Positions 1 through 12,046 of a stretch of DNA of 64,000 nt are shown here, piece by piece. The number at the start of each line of letters is the position of its first letter. The stretch's first letter is position 1. A program made the translations under genes and the position numbers. The DNA is from Narcine bancroftii (Eukaryota). The DNA lies in contig NC_091477.1 of NCBI RefSeq assembly GCF_036971445.1, positions 108,004,001 to 108,068,000 of the forward strand. Direction: 5' to 3'. A model generated the notes under the pieces. The model ran no database searches, was not told the DNA's origin, and worked only from the letters and a program-made list of their open reading frames with translations.

Positions 1-1916
1 AACTTCAAATATTATGTTCTTACACAACATGGTACAAGCAAATATTGCAGAAGTAACATCTAAATTCAATATCTGGATAAGCAAATGGCTTCTCAAAATC
101 AACTGATTTGAGTACAGATTTGTGATATAACATGCCTTCCAGTTTATCAAATGCTTCTTGATAAACTTTTCACTCTTCTTCAAAACATTAGTCAGGGAAA
201 GAGCAATACCAGCAAAGTTTTTACAGAATTTCCTGCTAGCAAGATTGGCTTTCAAAAGTTCATCACACAGTTTCTCTGCTGCAGTGATACCTTCTTCCCA
301 TGTATCATTCTCTTTAACCAAATCATCAATATAAGCATCTGTACGTTTTAAATTTTGAATTACAGAATTCACCATCCTCTGAAATGTTCCTGGAGCACTC
401 CTATAAACCCAATGAGGTTGCAAAGGCTGAAATTTCCTTTCCTTTTTCTGTTGAAGGAACACCCCAATAACCTTTTATAAATATATCTTTGTAAAGGATT
501 TGGCTTTTCCACAACTAATACTTCTGGTGAAGGCTGCTTCTGGCTAACATCCAAATTCTCAACATAAAGTTTTAACGTGATCGTGACAATTCTGTGTCTT
601 ATGCTTCCCATCAGGAGGTTTAACCACATAATTTACTTCATTTATTTTAGATTCTCTTTCATAAAGACCTGAAAAATTTGCTCTAAGAGGATTAGAAATT
701 GTGGGAAAAAGAGTTGACACTTTATCTCCAGTTTAAAAATTCTCTGTCTTGTTTTTGTTATTCCAGACTTTCATTTTATCTTGAGCCACTTTTAAATTCT
801 CCTCAGTTATCTTACACAATTTTTCCCAATGATCTTTAAACTTTGAAACATAATCCAACGAATTCAAATGCACACTTTCATTAACCCACTGTTCTTTTTA
901 GCATCATTAAAAGACCTCTAACTTCATGACCAAATACCAATTCCCTTACTTCAAATGAAAGTAAATGAACACCTTTATCCAAATTCTTTTCATTCTCACA
1001 ACAATAAATCCTCAACATAGTTTTTAAAATTGAATAAAACCTTTCCAAAGCTCCCTGAGATTCTGGGTAATATGCAGACAATGCAATTTGTTTAGCTCCT
1101 AATTTATAAACTAACTGTTGAAATACACCTGACATAAAATTCCTTCACAGATTTAATTGTATTTCTTTAGGCAGACCAAATGAACTGAAATTTTTTTCTA
1201 GAGCCCCAGACACAGTTTTTGCTTTAATATTCCTGAGTGGGATTGCTCAGGAAACCTGGAAACGGCACACATAATAGTCAACAGACATTTCTTTCCAGTT
1301 TTTGTTCTGGGCATTGGACCAACACAGTCCAAATTACTTTAAAAAAAACTTCTCCAAAAACAGGAATAGGTTTTAAAATTGCAACTGGTGGACCCTGATT
1401 AGGTTTTAAAGGTGCCACTGTGGGACCTTGATTAGGTTTCCCTGCAACTTGACAAGTATGACAGGTCTTACAAAATCTTTTAACATCTTTTCTTAAATTT
1501 GGCCAATAAAATTGTTTCATAATTTTACAGGTAGCTTCCTTTACCCTAAGGTGTCCACCAAAAGGCGTTTGTTGAGCTGTGTTCAAAATCTCACATCTCT
1601 AGGCTCTAGGAATTACAACCTGGTGAACCACTGTTCATTCTTCATTAGTAGGCACCTCCTGTGACCTCCATTTTATCATTAATAAAACCTCATTAAAATA
1701 ATATCTAACTGGCACTTTCTTAATTTCCTTATCAAAGAATGCTTTCTCTCTAACTTCAGGAAGATCACTACCTTCACTTTGTTTTTCTATTAATTTTGAT
1801 CTGGGTTCTGACAAATCCTTTTCCAACAGCTGTGCACTGTCAAGTTTATAATCAGAATCAGAATTCTGATTTAACAAAGAAATATTTAAAGTCACTGGTG
1901 ATTTTGTTTGCTTCAA
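1..1916 (-). mobile_element. Decayed Gypsy-superfamily LTR retrotransposon pol fragment, Gmr1-like order (INT then RT/RNaseH), in intron 4 of the fetuin paralog
   Basis: Integrase Zn finger (GGHLRVKEAT..FYWPNLRKDVKRFCKTCHTCQ, 1278-1586) and core (SAYYPESQGALERF, 881-1135). RT motif APGTFQRMVN...AYIDDLV lies further along the minus strand, with YIDD at 322-333. Many frameshifts and deletions. Confidence 0.85.
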
Positions 1917-2295
1917 GTATCGTCCTGACTCTACAATGCAAACACGAGTGAATGTCCAAACTTAGGAATTTTGGAGGGTTCAGCAACAATCAGCAATTAT
2001 ATCCATTTGTTGTAATCACTGAAATATTCTCAGATATAAAATGTCTTACTGGGACCTTTAGTGCCAATAACACACCTGGGCATTAGATCTCAAAATCTAG
2101 AGACTTCCTGAAAGATTTTACTTGTGGAAAACTTTTATGTTTTACTTTTAGAGGACTATTGTTACAGCGTAGGGGACTATTATCTTTGCCATTCCATTTC
2201 CACAGTTCTGCCCCATATTCCAGCAGACAATAATAGAATAGTTATTTTCTTTTCTTAAAATATGCTAAAAACAATGCAGTTAACATTTAGCCTAC

Positions 2296-2462
2296 CTGGT
2301 AGGAAGCTCTTGTTATTTCCTGTACAGCATAATTATTTGTTCTGTTGTTGTTTTGGTTATATTTTTGCAGTCCTACTGCAGCTGCATAACTGGCATCTGA
2401 ATGATTTAAAGCCATACGATGTGGGCAACCTGGACACCGGCTCAGAACCATGTCATCTGAAT
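2296..2462 (-). CDS. Fetuin paralog (gene B) coding exon 4, start of cystatin domain 2: (D)SDDMVLSRCPGCPHRMALNHSDASYAAAVGLQKYNQNNNRTNNYAVQEITRASYQ
   Basis: ttgcAG acceptor and CAG|GTAGGC donor; 167 nt, phase 1 to 0. Same length as exon 4 of the upstream AHSG-like gene. CxxCP motif present. Confidence 0.92.
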
Positions 2463-2864
2463 CTGCAATTAAAGCCAAAAAGCAGCAAAGCCTTGATATT
2501 ATTTTTAACTCATAGCAAAACTTTCTTCAAGTAAATTATGAAAACTATATTCTCAAAATAAATATTCTAATGCTTGTTCCCATGTAAAACAAATGATTCT
2601 TTACTAAATTACTAAGAATTTATCTTTCGATATTTGTTCTTTCCTTCAGCATTTAATAACCATATAACCATTTACGGAGCGGAAACACCGGCCTTTCAAG
2701 TCCGCACCGGTTCACTGATTTTGTGAGCCCCAGGGAATTTTACTGTGTTTTCATAAACTGCAGCTAACTATAGATTACTGTGGTCACTGTAAGCGTCAAA
2801 CCTGCCATCACTTGAAATATTTGACAGAAGTAGAACAGATGCATGCATTTAAGGGAAAACTAAA

Positions 2865-3104
2865 TGTAGAGCTCGTCGAAAGAACCAAAGACTTGTTGAT
2901 CCAAACCAAGGCTTTTATTAGCAAAAGACCGGAGCTCTTCACAGGTGGCCGACCAGTCCGGAATGATCCGACCTGGCTAGGGACACAACCCTTTAAGGCC
3001 CAAACAATAGGTGTGGCTTAGCTCTCAGCCAATCGCTGTAAGCACAGTCTAGATACAGTAACTATATACACTATGTACATTGGTGATAGATCTGTACTAT
3101 CACA
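2865..3104 (-). mobile_element. Solo LTR (240 bp)
   Basis: TG...CA termini, perfect 5-bp TSD CTAAA (2860-2864 and 3105-3109), AATAAA on the minus strand within 2911-2922. Confidence 0.85.
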
Positions 3105-3135
3105 CTAAATGAAGAAGAAAAGAATAGAAAGCTAC

Positions 3136-3386
3136 TGAGGTGGAACATGGTACTGCAGACATGTCCGGGCATGTCCTCACTGGGCTGGGCAGGCTGGTCT
3201 GCCTTCTGTACTTGTAGCCCTCCCCATAAGATCTCCTAATGAAGGCTGAGATCCCTAGTCTCCTCTCTCTCTCATACCTGCCTTGGACGTGAGCCAGCAG
3301 CATGTGGAGGCATGTCTGGGTCTTCTGATCAATAAAGACTTTGACTACCTGCTTCATGTCTGCCAGTGGTCATTGATCACGCCATG
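3136..3386 (+). mobile_element. Solo LTR (251 bp)
   Basis: 5-bp TSD GCTAC (3131-3135 and 3387-3391), TG start, AATAAA at 3331-3336. The 3' end gtggtcattgatcacgcca resembles the LTR end of the 37879-41179 element. Confidence 0.75.
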
Positions 3387-3467
3387 GCTACATTGATGGA
3401 ATTAGATGAAATAAGATGTGACAAGGACTGTTTGTTTCTCCGCTGTACACCCTTGGTTAATGATGGG

Positions 3468-4076
3468 CTCCGAATCATGGGTCCTCTACCGGCATCACCT
3501 ACGGCTCCTAGAACGCTTCCACCAGCGTTGTCTCCGCTCCATCCTCAACATTCATTGGAGCGACTTCATCCCTAACATCGAAGTACTCGAGATGGCAGAG
3601 GCCGACAGCATCGAATCCATGCGGTTGAAGATCCAACTGCGCTGGGTAGGTCACGTTCGCCAGAATGGAGGACCATCGCCTTCCCAAGATCGTGTTATAT
3701 GGCGAGCTCTCCACTGGCCATCGTGTCAGAGGTGCACCAAAGAAGAAGTACAAGGACTGCCTAAAGAAATCTCTTGGTGTCTGCCACATTGACCCCCATC
3801 AGTGGGCTGATCTCGCCTCAAACCGTGCATCTTGGCGCCTCACAGTTCGGCGGGCAGCAACCTCCTATGAAGAAGACCGCAGAGCCCACCTCACTGACAA
3901 AAGACAAAGGAGGAAAAACCCAACACCCAACCCCAACCCACCAATTTTCCCCTGCAACCGCTCCAACCGTGTCTGCCCGTCCCGCATCGGACTCGTCAGC
4001 CACCATCGAGCCTGCAGCTGACGTGGACATTTACCCCCTCCATAAGTCTTCGTCCGCGAAGCCAAGCCAAGAAAAA
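3468..4076 (+). mobile_element. 5'-truncated RTE-clade LINE (C-terminal ORF and 3' end)
   Basis: GSESWVLYRHHLRLLERFHQRCLRSILNIHW...LRWVGHV / RMEDHRLPKIVLYGEL..., with one frameshift. Ends GCCAAGCCAAGAAAA. 9-bp TSD AATGATGGG (3459-3467 and 4077-4085). Confidence 0.9.
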
Positions 4077-4429
4077 AATGATGGGGTAGTTTCTGCAATT
4101 TGCCTTGTGTAGCCTTGAGCAGGTTCTCTTATGGTCCCAGCGACAATGTTCGTAATGAAAAGAAAATCACAAAAGTTTAATATGTGAAGGCTGAAGAAAG
4201 CATTGGGAACATCATACATCATAAAACAAGTCACTCAATGTAAATTCCACCCCACCTGGGTGGGGTTTGGGGGTTGAACTATCAAAGCGCAAAAAGTAAA
4301 TCATTGGTAGCTGAGCTATTTTATAATTGAATGTCTCAAAGTTTAAGCAATATTGCACTAGTCAACAAACAAAACTGCCATCTTTGTTCAGCCCAATAAA
4401 GATCACAATCACAGAAACCTCTGACTCAC

Positions 4430-4517
4430 CCGGTGATATTAAGCACCAGTACTTGTGGACCTCGATGCATTGTGTTGTACTATTCATTTTTAATTTCATT
4501 TTACAGTCACCTGAAAT
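4430..4517 (-). CDS. Fetuin paralog (gene B) coding exon 3: ISGDCKMKLKMNSTTQCIEVHKYWCLISP(D)
   Basis: ttttctttgttAG acceptor and G|GTGAGT donor; 88 nt, phase 0 to 1. Same length as exon 3 of the AHSG-like gene. Absent from the ORF track. Confidence 0.9.
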
Positions 4518-4619
4518 CTAACAAAGAAAAGTCTGTCATTATTTATTTATAATTTAATTGTCATTGCTCATGAAGTATTTTTAACGCAGAACTGAGATCT
4601 GAGCAGCCATAAAATACCG

Positions 4620-5253
4620 CAAACGATAAACTTTTTGCACTCCTTTTTCTGCAAGAATAACTGACATCATGAGTTTTAAACTGTCCAGATACCAAATTTG
4701 GTTTGTGAAGGTTGCCTTGTTGGTAGCCAGGAAGTGTATAATGGTCATGTGGAAGTCCGACTTTCGATAAGTCAATGGAATACGGAAATGAAGTTCTCTT
4801 GGAGAAAATCATGTACAATTTGAGGAAGAAATATGGCACATTTGTTAGGATGTGGGAACCCTATCTGCAGCACATTGGCATGCAGATATAATTATACCCC
4901 TTTTGAATAAAGGAAATGCAACAATCTGTGGCAGTAGTGAAACGATTGAGATCAATGAAGTGGGTTGAGGCATAGATGACAAGCTCTTGTATTTTGTTCC
5001 TTATCTTTTTTTTATATTTTAGGTTTCTTTGGTTTTTCTCAAGTTCCCTTAAGGGTTTGTGAATTTACCAACATTTGGTTATTTGCATTTTTTTAAATTT
5101 ATATAATTTTTTTCTTTGTTATATTAGGGTATGGGAGAGAGGGGTAGGGGTAAAAAATAGACTCTGTATGCTATATACTATTGTTGGAAGAGACTGTTGT
5201 TTGTTTGGATTTGTATGTCTTTGAAAATCAAAAATAAAATATTCCAAAAAAAA
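4620..5253 (+). mobile_element. Old L1-clade LINE 3' end
   Basis: Degenerate ARKCIMVMWKSD...LEKIMYNLRKKYGTFVRMWEPYL, ending in AATAAA and an A-rich tail. Boundaries approximate. Confidence 0.65.
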
Positions 5254-5868
5254 CTGACATCCAAGCAGCATTCCCATGTCTCTTACTCCCATTCTCAGTT
5301 TTTCATTACATAACCTAAGATCACAATGAAATGTAAGCAGCCATATTGTGCTGGCCCAATCCCTGTACCAAAAATGACTGACCATGGAGTCCTCACTGTG
5401 TGTAGCCTGCAGATAGAAGAAGGTTTGGGGGGTGGGGGGAGGCGGGCGGGGAATCATAAAACAAGTTACGGCTTCTGAGATCCTCTGCCAAGACTGGCAA
5501 GGTTGAACGCCATTTTGTGTCCAATATCAGAGCATGCTGATAGACTGGCCTTCCAGAAAGTTTCTGATTTGACAGTTCATATTGCATATTGAGACTTACT
5601 GCAATTTCAATAATGGAACACTGGTGGGTTCTAATTAAAAAAAAGACAAATTGATTTCCCATTCTAAATCTTTATTCAGTGTATTAAGCTAAGAGTCAGC
5701 TGAGATGAAAACCAAGTTAGACTTTTATTCCCCACAGTCAAAATTTGTCATATTGCACATGTTACTAATGCCAGAAGTGAGTGGGTGCCCAACATTAATG
5801 AAAATATTCCTTAGCAGACCGGATTGATGATAAAAAAAATCATTTGTTAATTTCTAAAGGTAACATCT

Positions 5869-6077
5869 AATAGTTATTCTCAACATTTTTTTCCACTCAA
5901 ATACCACATTAATAATTCCTTACTAGCCACAGAGTGCCTTTGGCTGTAGTTCTCAACCTTTTTTTTCCACTCACATATCACCTTAAGCAATCCCTAACTA
6001 ACTACAGAGTACTTATTGCATAGGGATTGCATAAGGTGGAATGAGAATTTAGGGAGGGGGGCAGTTTGAAAACTACT
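5869..6077. mobile_element. hAT-like MITE with a partly duplicated left end
   Basis: tagttctcaacc...gtttgaaaactact termini, internal inverted repeat (ccttaagcaatccct / agggattgcataagg), left ~75 bp duplicated. Confidence 0.55.
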
Positions 6078-6109
6078 TTGTTAGAATATCTAAACAATGA
6101 TAAGTGGCA

Positions 6110-6650
6110 TTAGGTGGTATGCTGCAAAAAGAGGAAGGTCTCAGCAGGTCAGGCAGGATGCATGGAGAGAAATGGATTGTCAATGTTTTGAGTCAGGACC
6201 CTTCCTTGAGTCTAGGATTGGAAGAGGTGATACCAAACATAAAATGGAGTGGGGTAAAGACTGAAGGGCCAAGAGTTAGTACTGGTCAAATTAAAATGGA
6301 AGACATTGAGAGATGGGTAGGGGAAGGAAGGGAAGGGGTGGTGGGGTCCTCTCAGTGAGCTACCCTCTGCTCTCCCCCTCTATCACTTTTCAGCATTTTT
6401 CTCTTCAACTTTCCCACCTGTATCTACATAGCCTGAGCTTCTCCCCTTCCATTCCTCCCCTCCTGCACCCCGCCCCCCTCTCATCCCCACCACTGCACAC
6501 CTTTTTATTCAGGCACCTGCCTCTTTTCCTAACGAAGAGCCCAGACACGAAATGTTAGTTTCATTTTACTTCCTTTGGCTGCTACATGACCTGCTGAGTT
6601 TCTCCGCACATTTGTATATTGCATTTGACCCCAGCATTTACTGATTTACT
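6110..6650. mobile_element. Penelope-like terminal repeats in inverted arrangement
   Basis: Two oppositely oriented copies of the gaagggtc..cccgaaacg..gacctgctgagtttctccagc repeat type flank purine- and pyrimidine-rich tracts. Confidence 0.5.
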
Positions 6651-6787
6651 TGTTTGAATACGTTTGCAGCTGGGTGTTGACTAAATCAGTTTGTAAAGAA
6701 GGATGCTGGCTAAGAGGGAAGCTTTTCCTCATGTTACTCTAAATGATACCTTTTGAAAACATCAAACTATTCCAAAGAGAAACTTAC

Positions 6788-6898
6788 AGCTTCAGGACCT
6801 GATCGTACTTCACACTGTGCCACAGGTTTTGGATTCAGAGCGAGACATCTTGTTTCAAGTATCTCAAATTCAAAGTAAACAGGAGATGTGCCTCGCTT
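6788..6898 (-). CDS. Fetuin paralog (gene B) coding exon 2: KRGTSPVYFEFEILETRCLALNPKPVAQCEVRSGPEA
   Basis: tctttcAG acceptor and GCT|GTAAGT donor; 111 nt, phase 0-0. Cystatin motif LETxC-x10-C. Absent from the ORF track. Confidence 0.93.
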
Positions 6899-6944
6899 CT
6901 GAAAGACATGAAAATGCAATGAAATAAAATTAGTCCTGTCTCAA

Positions 6945-7700
6945 CATAAGATCATCAGATCAACCATTCAATGAGATCATGGCTGATCTGATGATAGGCT
7001 AATCACTTACTGCTTTTCCCTATTGTAGCGTAGATAAAAGTTCACACTCGACTGGAGGGAGAACTAACGCTTTTATTAGCTTACAACACAGGTAGGGTTC
7101 ATGAACAGGCTTCAGAGGGGTTCAGAGTTTAGGTGGGAAACCAGGATTATATACGGACCCCTGGGGTGGAGCCGGGAGATGGGACCAGTCGTTAGTACAG
7201 GACACTTCTAGTGAATCTCAGTTCACTACACCTGTATCCCTTAATTCCACTACTTTGTAAAAATTTATCCAACCATGTCTTAAATATACAAGAGATAGCC
7301 TCCACTGCTTCAACGGGTAGAAAATTCCATAAATTCACCGCCCTCTGGCAAAAGCAGTTCCTCCTCATTTTATCCTAAATCTACTACCCCAGATCTTGAG
7401 GCTATGTCCCCAAGTTCAAGTCTCCTTCACCAATGGAAACAACTTACCTATCTCTATCTTATCTATGCCTTTCACAATTTTATACATTTCTATAAGATTC
7501 TTTCTTATTCTTCTAAATTCCAGCAAGTACATTCCCAGACAAGTCAATCTCTCCTCAGAACCTTATCTTTGGAATCAACCTGATGAACCTCCTCTGGACC
7601 ACCTCCAAAGCCAGTCCATCCTTCCTCAAGTCAGGAGACCCGAACTGCACACAGTACTCCAGATGTGGCCTCACCAGTACCTTGTACAGTCGCATCATCA
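6945..7700 (-). mobile_element. CR1 LINE 3' fragment
   Basis: The reverse strand gives degenerate LVRPHLEYCVQFGSP.LRKDGLALEVVQRRFIRLIP. Interrupted by the solo LTR. Boundaries approximate. Confidence 0.75.
7024..7230 (-). mobile_element. Solo LTR (207 bp) nested in a CR1 remnant
   Basis: Inverted termini TGTAGCG...CACTACA, TSD CCTAT/CCTGT (1 mismatch), AATAAA on the minus strand within 7069-7080. Confidence 0.8.
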
Positions 7701-8384
7701 ATTCTGTTCACCTGTAGCTTTTCTGCCAAACTTTGCCCTGGCCTTACAAAAGAAGAAATAAACTGCTGATTCCATCTGCTCTATTTAATGGACTTTTTAT
7801 ACCTAGTCTATGCACCTCATCATGTTCTATGTTCTATATGCATGTCAATTGCTGCTTCATGAATATTCCCCAGCAACAATAGGCTACACCTTGCTAAACA
7901 GTAAGAAATAGTAAATGTGAGAGATTCCTGTGCTGAGAAATGATCTGTGTGAGAAAAATAAACATAATGAGAATTGCTGCCCTGAGAAAGTTTTGCTTTA
8001 TGTGTTCTTTATCACCAATGGTCATCACAATTTTTTGATCAAAATCTATTATAACAATGGTTGGCCATTATTCCTGTTATCTATTGCAGATAATGCTGAC
8101 AGGGTACAGCATATCTGTCAGTTTCTGAAAAAGGAGAATGGCAAATTAACTTTACATTGGCTGTAAATGCTGTGTTGAAGGTGCCACTCTCTCCAGACTG
8201 CCCCAAATTCACAGTGCTGTAACTAACTAATCGTGGTGCTATGTTGATGTCAGAGTGTATAAAACAAAACAAAGCTCATTATCCTCAGTCAAATCTGTTT
8301 CTCGAATTTTTATGGGACACAACTACGTGCTGTTCCTTCTGTGCTTCTCAAATCCTACAGCTGAGCACAATGCTTCATACTTAC

Positions 8385-8582
8385 CCCTCTATTTTCCTGG
8401 GCATTCTCAATTTTATTCAACACATACTTGTATCCCCCTGGCTGGTTTGCATTTATGTGTTCCACTGCCAGTTCTGCTGCCTTCACGATCCCCTGCTCAC
8501 TGCAGGAAAGGCCTCTGAATGAGGCTGCAAGTAAGGGCTGGAAAAGTTGAGTGCTAACCACAAGTACCAGCAGTGGCTTCAT
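8385..8582 (-). CDS. Fetuin paralog (gene B) coding exon 1, signal peptide and start of cystatin domain 1: MKPLLVLVVSTQLFQPLLAASFRGLSCSEQGIVKAAELAVEHINANQPGGYKYVLNKIENAQENRG
   Basis: ATG at 8582, hydrophobic leader, fetuin motif C..AA.LAV..IN....GYKY.LN.I, GGG|GTAAGT donor; 198 nt. Confidence 0.93.
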
Positions 8583-9079
8583 GTTCTATGCAGAGATGGA
8601 ACTGTTCTACTCTGGAGGGACGTCACGAGTGGTCTCTCCAATATTAGGAAACTCACAAAAGTAGAATCAAAAGTGCAGCTGTTTTAACCAAGTGCAATCT
8701 GGTTTGAGTAGAGATATTTGACCATGGGAAAAGCAAATTTGTTAACCTGAAAAATAAATTGATGGAAGTCAAAGAAACATCAAGCACTGACACAGTCACC
8801 GGTAAAACAGACGTCAATTGCACTACGTTTACAGTACTGATCGATGAGAAGGTAAACAGTGCATCTCTTTGAAAGATAAATGAAAAATACTCCAAATGTT
8901 GGAAATTTTAGTGAAAGTACTGGAATTCTTAGCCAAACAAATATGCACCAGATGCCATCTTTACTCTCCACTCAGCCTCAAAACACCTGGATGCCAAGGA
9001 CAAGTATGTTTGATGATTATTCATGGACTCACAGTCTACAATCAGTGAATTTCAAGACAAAATGTCCTCCAGGAAAGGG

Positions 9080-11030
9080 CTAAAGTGGGTTGCAAACATA
9101 GTCAGTGCCATCATGGGATTAGTCTTCACTTCATTATGGACATCTTTAAGAGCCAGTGTCTCAAGAAGGCAGCATCTACCATCAAGGACCCTCATCATCC
9201 AGTCCATGCCCTTTTTTTACTGCTCCCATCAGGAAGGAAGTACAGAACCTGAAGACACACACTCAACATTACAAAAACAGCTTCCCCCCCCCACCCCCCC
9301 ACCATTAGATTTTTGAATGGACATTGAACCTATTCTTACAGCCTCCATTTTTTGCACTAATTACAGTATTTATTTTTTTTAAATCTTGTATTTACTGAAT
9401 TTTAATTTATAGCAACTTTCACCTGTAATGCACAATATGGCTGCCGCAAAACAACAAATTTTGTGACACCTTCATGACATTAAATCTGATTCTGATTCTG
9501 AGCACAAGCAGCACCGTCATTCCTCAAGGATATGTACTCAGTCAATGACTATACTCCATCTACACCCTCGGTTGTACAGCTGAATATCATTCCAAACCAA
9601 TCTTTAAATTTACAGATGCAACAATCATATCAACCTAATCTAACTATCTCGGAGGAACTTTTCTGGACCCCATACAAAAGTATGGGGATAAAGTGTCAGT
9701 TCCTCTACTTCCTCAGAAGTTTGTAGAGGTTTGATATAACATTGGAAACTTTGGCAAACTTCTACAGATGGGCAGAGGAAAGTATGCTGACTGACTGCAT
9801 CACGCCCTGAAACGGCAGCATCAATATTTGAGCAGAAAGCCCTGCAAAGCGTAGTGGGCACAGCCCACTACATCATGGGCAAAACTCTCCCCAGCATTGA
9901 GAAAATCTACATAAAACACTACTGTCAGAGAGCAGCAGTAATCAAGGATCCACACCTCCCAGATCTGTTCTCATTGCTGCCATCAGGAAAGAGGTGTAGG
10001 TGCCACAAGACTTGTACCATCAGGTTCAGGAACAGTTGCTATCCCTCCACCATCAGACTCCTAAACCAGAAACTCAATCACTGATTTAAGAACTATTATT
10101 TTGCACATTATTTATTACTGAATATTTGTTTTCCTTCTGTATTGCATATTGTTTAATTTCTTTCTTTACATTTCTCTCTTTTTACATATCTTCTTTTTGA
10201 GTACTTCTTTTGCACTACCAATATGTAGATCTTCTGACTAGTCCACCTCTACTGCTTCTTTGGGAAAAGTATGCCAGAGTCATTACTTTTAGTCCTCTTG
10301 GTATTTGAAACACCATTGGGACTTTGGCAGCGCGATTATAGCGGTAAAACAGATGCAAGATGCATTTAGAATCTCTGCTTCCATGAGAAGAGCTTTTTTT
10401 TGGACACTGAAAGTCCAATCCATTTGCTGTTGATATAATGAGTAAAGAACATGTGCATTGTAGCCAAAGTTGCTGATGTTGATTAGCAAGTTGTTAGGAG
10501 GACACAAAACATCTCCAAAGTAATACCGAAAGCAGAAGCTGCATCACGGAATGGTCTAGGTGCTGGAGAGAAATAAATAAGAGGTCAATCTACACGACCA
10601 TAAGAGTAGCAGAGAGGATCACTGGAGTCTCCCTCCACCTATCGTCGTGATCTCCCAGGATTGTTGTCTGAAGAGGGCACATAAAATCATTGAGGACCCC
10701 TTCCACCCTGCACAGAGCATCTTTCAGCTGCTCCCATTGGGAAAGAGAAACAGGAAGATCAGAGCCAGCACCGCCAGGCTGAGGAACAGTTTCTTCCCAT
10801 GGGGTGGTGAGAATGCTGAATGACTAAAGGAACTGCTCACATGAATCATCCAAGATTCTCATATTCATGAAACAATATTTATTCATTTATTTGTATGCAC
10901 GAATAATTGTCCTAGCATTTTTCGTCTGTATGTGTGTATTGACTGGTTGTGTGTCTGCCTGTTTTGCACCAAGGACTGGAGAACGCTGTTTTGCCAGGTT
11001 GTACTTGTGCAATCAGATGACAATAAACTT
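9080..11030 (+). mobile_element. Cluster of three Rex1/Babar-type LINE 3' fragments (~9080-9500, ~9660-10220, ~10590-11030)
   Basis: Repeated degenerate IKDPH..LFSLLPSGKR......RFRNS.YP.TIRLLN C-terminus (ORF 9854-10084); one copy ends in a (gattct)n tail. Confidence 0.75.
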
Positions 11031-11310
11031 AATGACAATAGTTTAAATCAGGGCAAGACATTAGTAGAGGAGGCATAATGTGGGAAAAGGGTGGTTTGTA
11101 CTGTGAAAGGAAGAATAGAAAGGAAATTATTCTTTAAAAGGACGAAGACTACTTGGTGCAGTGCTTCAGAGGGATTTGTAAATTCACGTATATGAAACAG
11201 AGTTAGAATGCAAATTCAGCAGCCATGTTGGAAGGCAGATGGATGGTTGCCTTTATTTCAAGGCCCATAGAGGTATATAAAAAAAATTATGGAGCTTTGA
11301 CTGGGCTGGT

Positions 11311-11565
11311 TGATGCACGATCAATTACACAAAGACTGAAGTTGCCAAGACTGAAGGCTTTTAGTTACAAAAGATGGACAGCATCCCTGCATGGGTTGCT
11401 CACACTGACCCGGACACGAACTGGGGGCAGGCTTGTGGCATGACAGCCTTTATGGGGAAGAAAGGGGGAGGAGTCACGAGCTGGCCAGAGGAAGCAGGGT
11501 CAACCAGGAAAGGTCATGACATTTACATATGGCATAAAAATATATACAATAGTGGTTTCACCCCA
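11311..11565 (-). mobile_element. Solo LTR
   Basis: TGATGCAC...GTGGTTTCACCCCA termini are the reverse complement of the 37879 element LTR ends. TSD CTGGT/CTGGC. Homologous copy at 41545-41779. Confidence 0.8.
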
Positions 11566-11981
11566 CTGGCACACAGTTTTGTCTCCATATTGAAGAAAGG
11601 ATGTTCTCACCTTGAAGATAGTGTAAAAAAACAATGCTCGCTTAGTTGATTTCTGCATAAAGATGTTGAGTTCTGAGGAGAGGTTAAGCAGGCCAAGCCA
11701 ATATTCTTTTGACTGTAGAAGAATGAGAAGTGACTTTATTTTTTAAAAATAAAAGATTATGCAAGGGATTGATAGAGTGAATACTGAGAGGATGTTTCCC
11801 CCAGATGAGGTATCCAGAACAATGTTGTTTAGATTCTGAGACTTTCAGAGATTTTCTGTTTAAGGCTTATTGTTTCTTCCTTGAAGAGTGGCTCAGGCTT
11901 GAAACATCAGTAATACATCTTTACCAACTAAGGATGCTGAAAAGACCAACTGAGTTTCTCCAACATTTTGATGTTTTTCCT

Positions 11982-12046
11982 TCTTCTTTGGCTTGGCTTC
12001 GCGGACGAAGATTTATGGAGGGGGTAAAAAGTCCACGTCAGCTGCA
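11982..12046 (-). mobile_element. 65-bp extreme 3' end of an RTE LINE
   Basis: Reverse complement of the RTE tail at ~4012-4076. 12-bp TSD GATGTTTTTCCT (11970-11981 and 12047-12058). Confidence 0.85.

Noticed and set aside
1917-2295. Search for exon 5 of fetuin gene B
   Set aside because: No VEF/Y..KET.C-type exon was found. The best acceptor (tttcAG near 2110) hits a stop after five codons.
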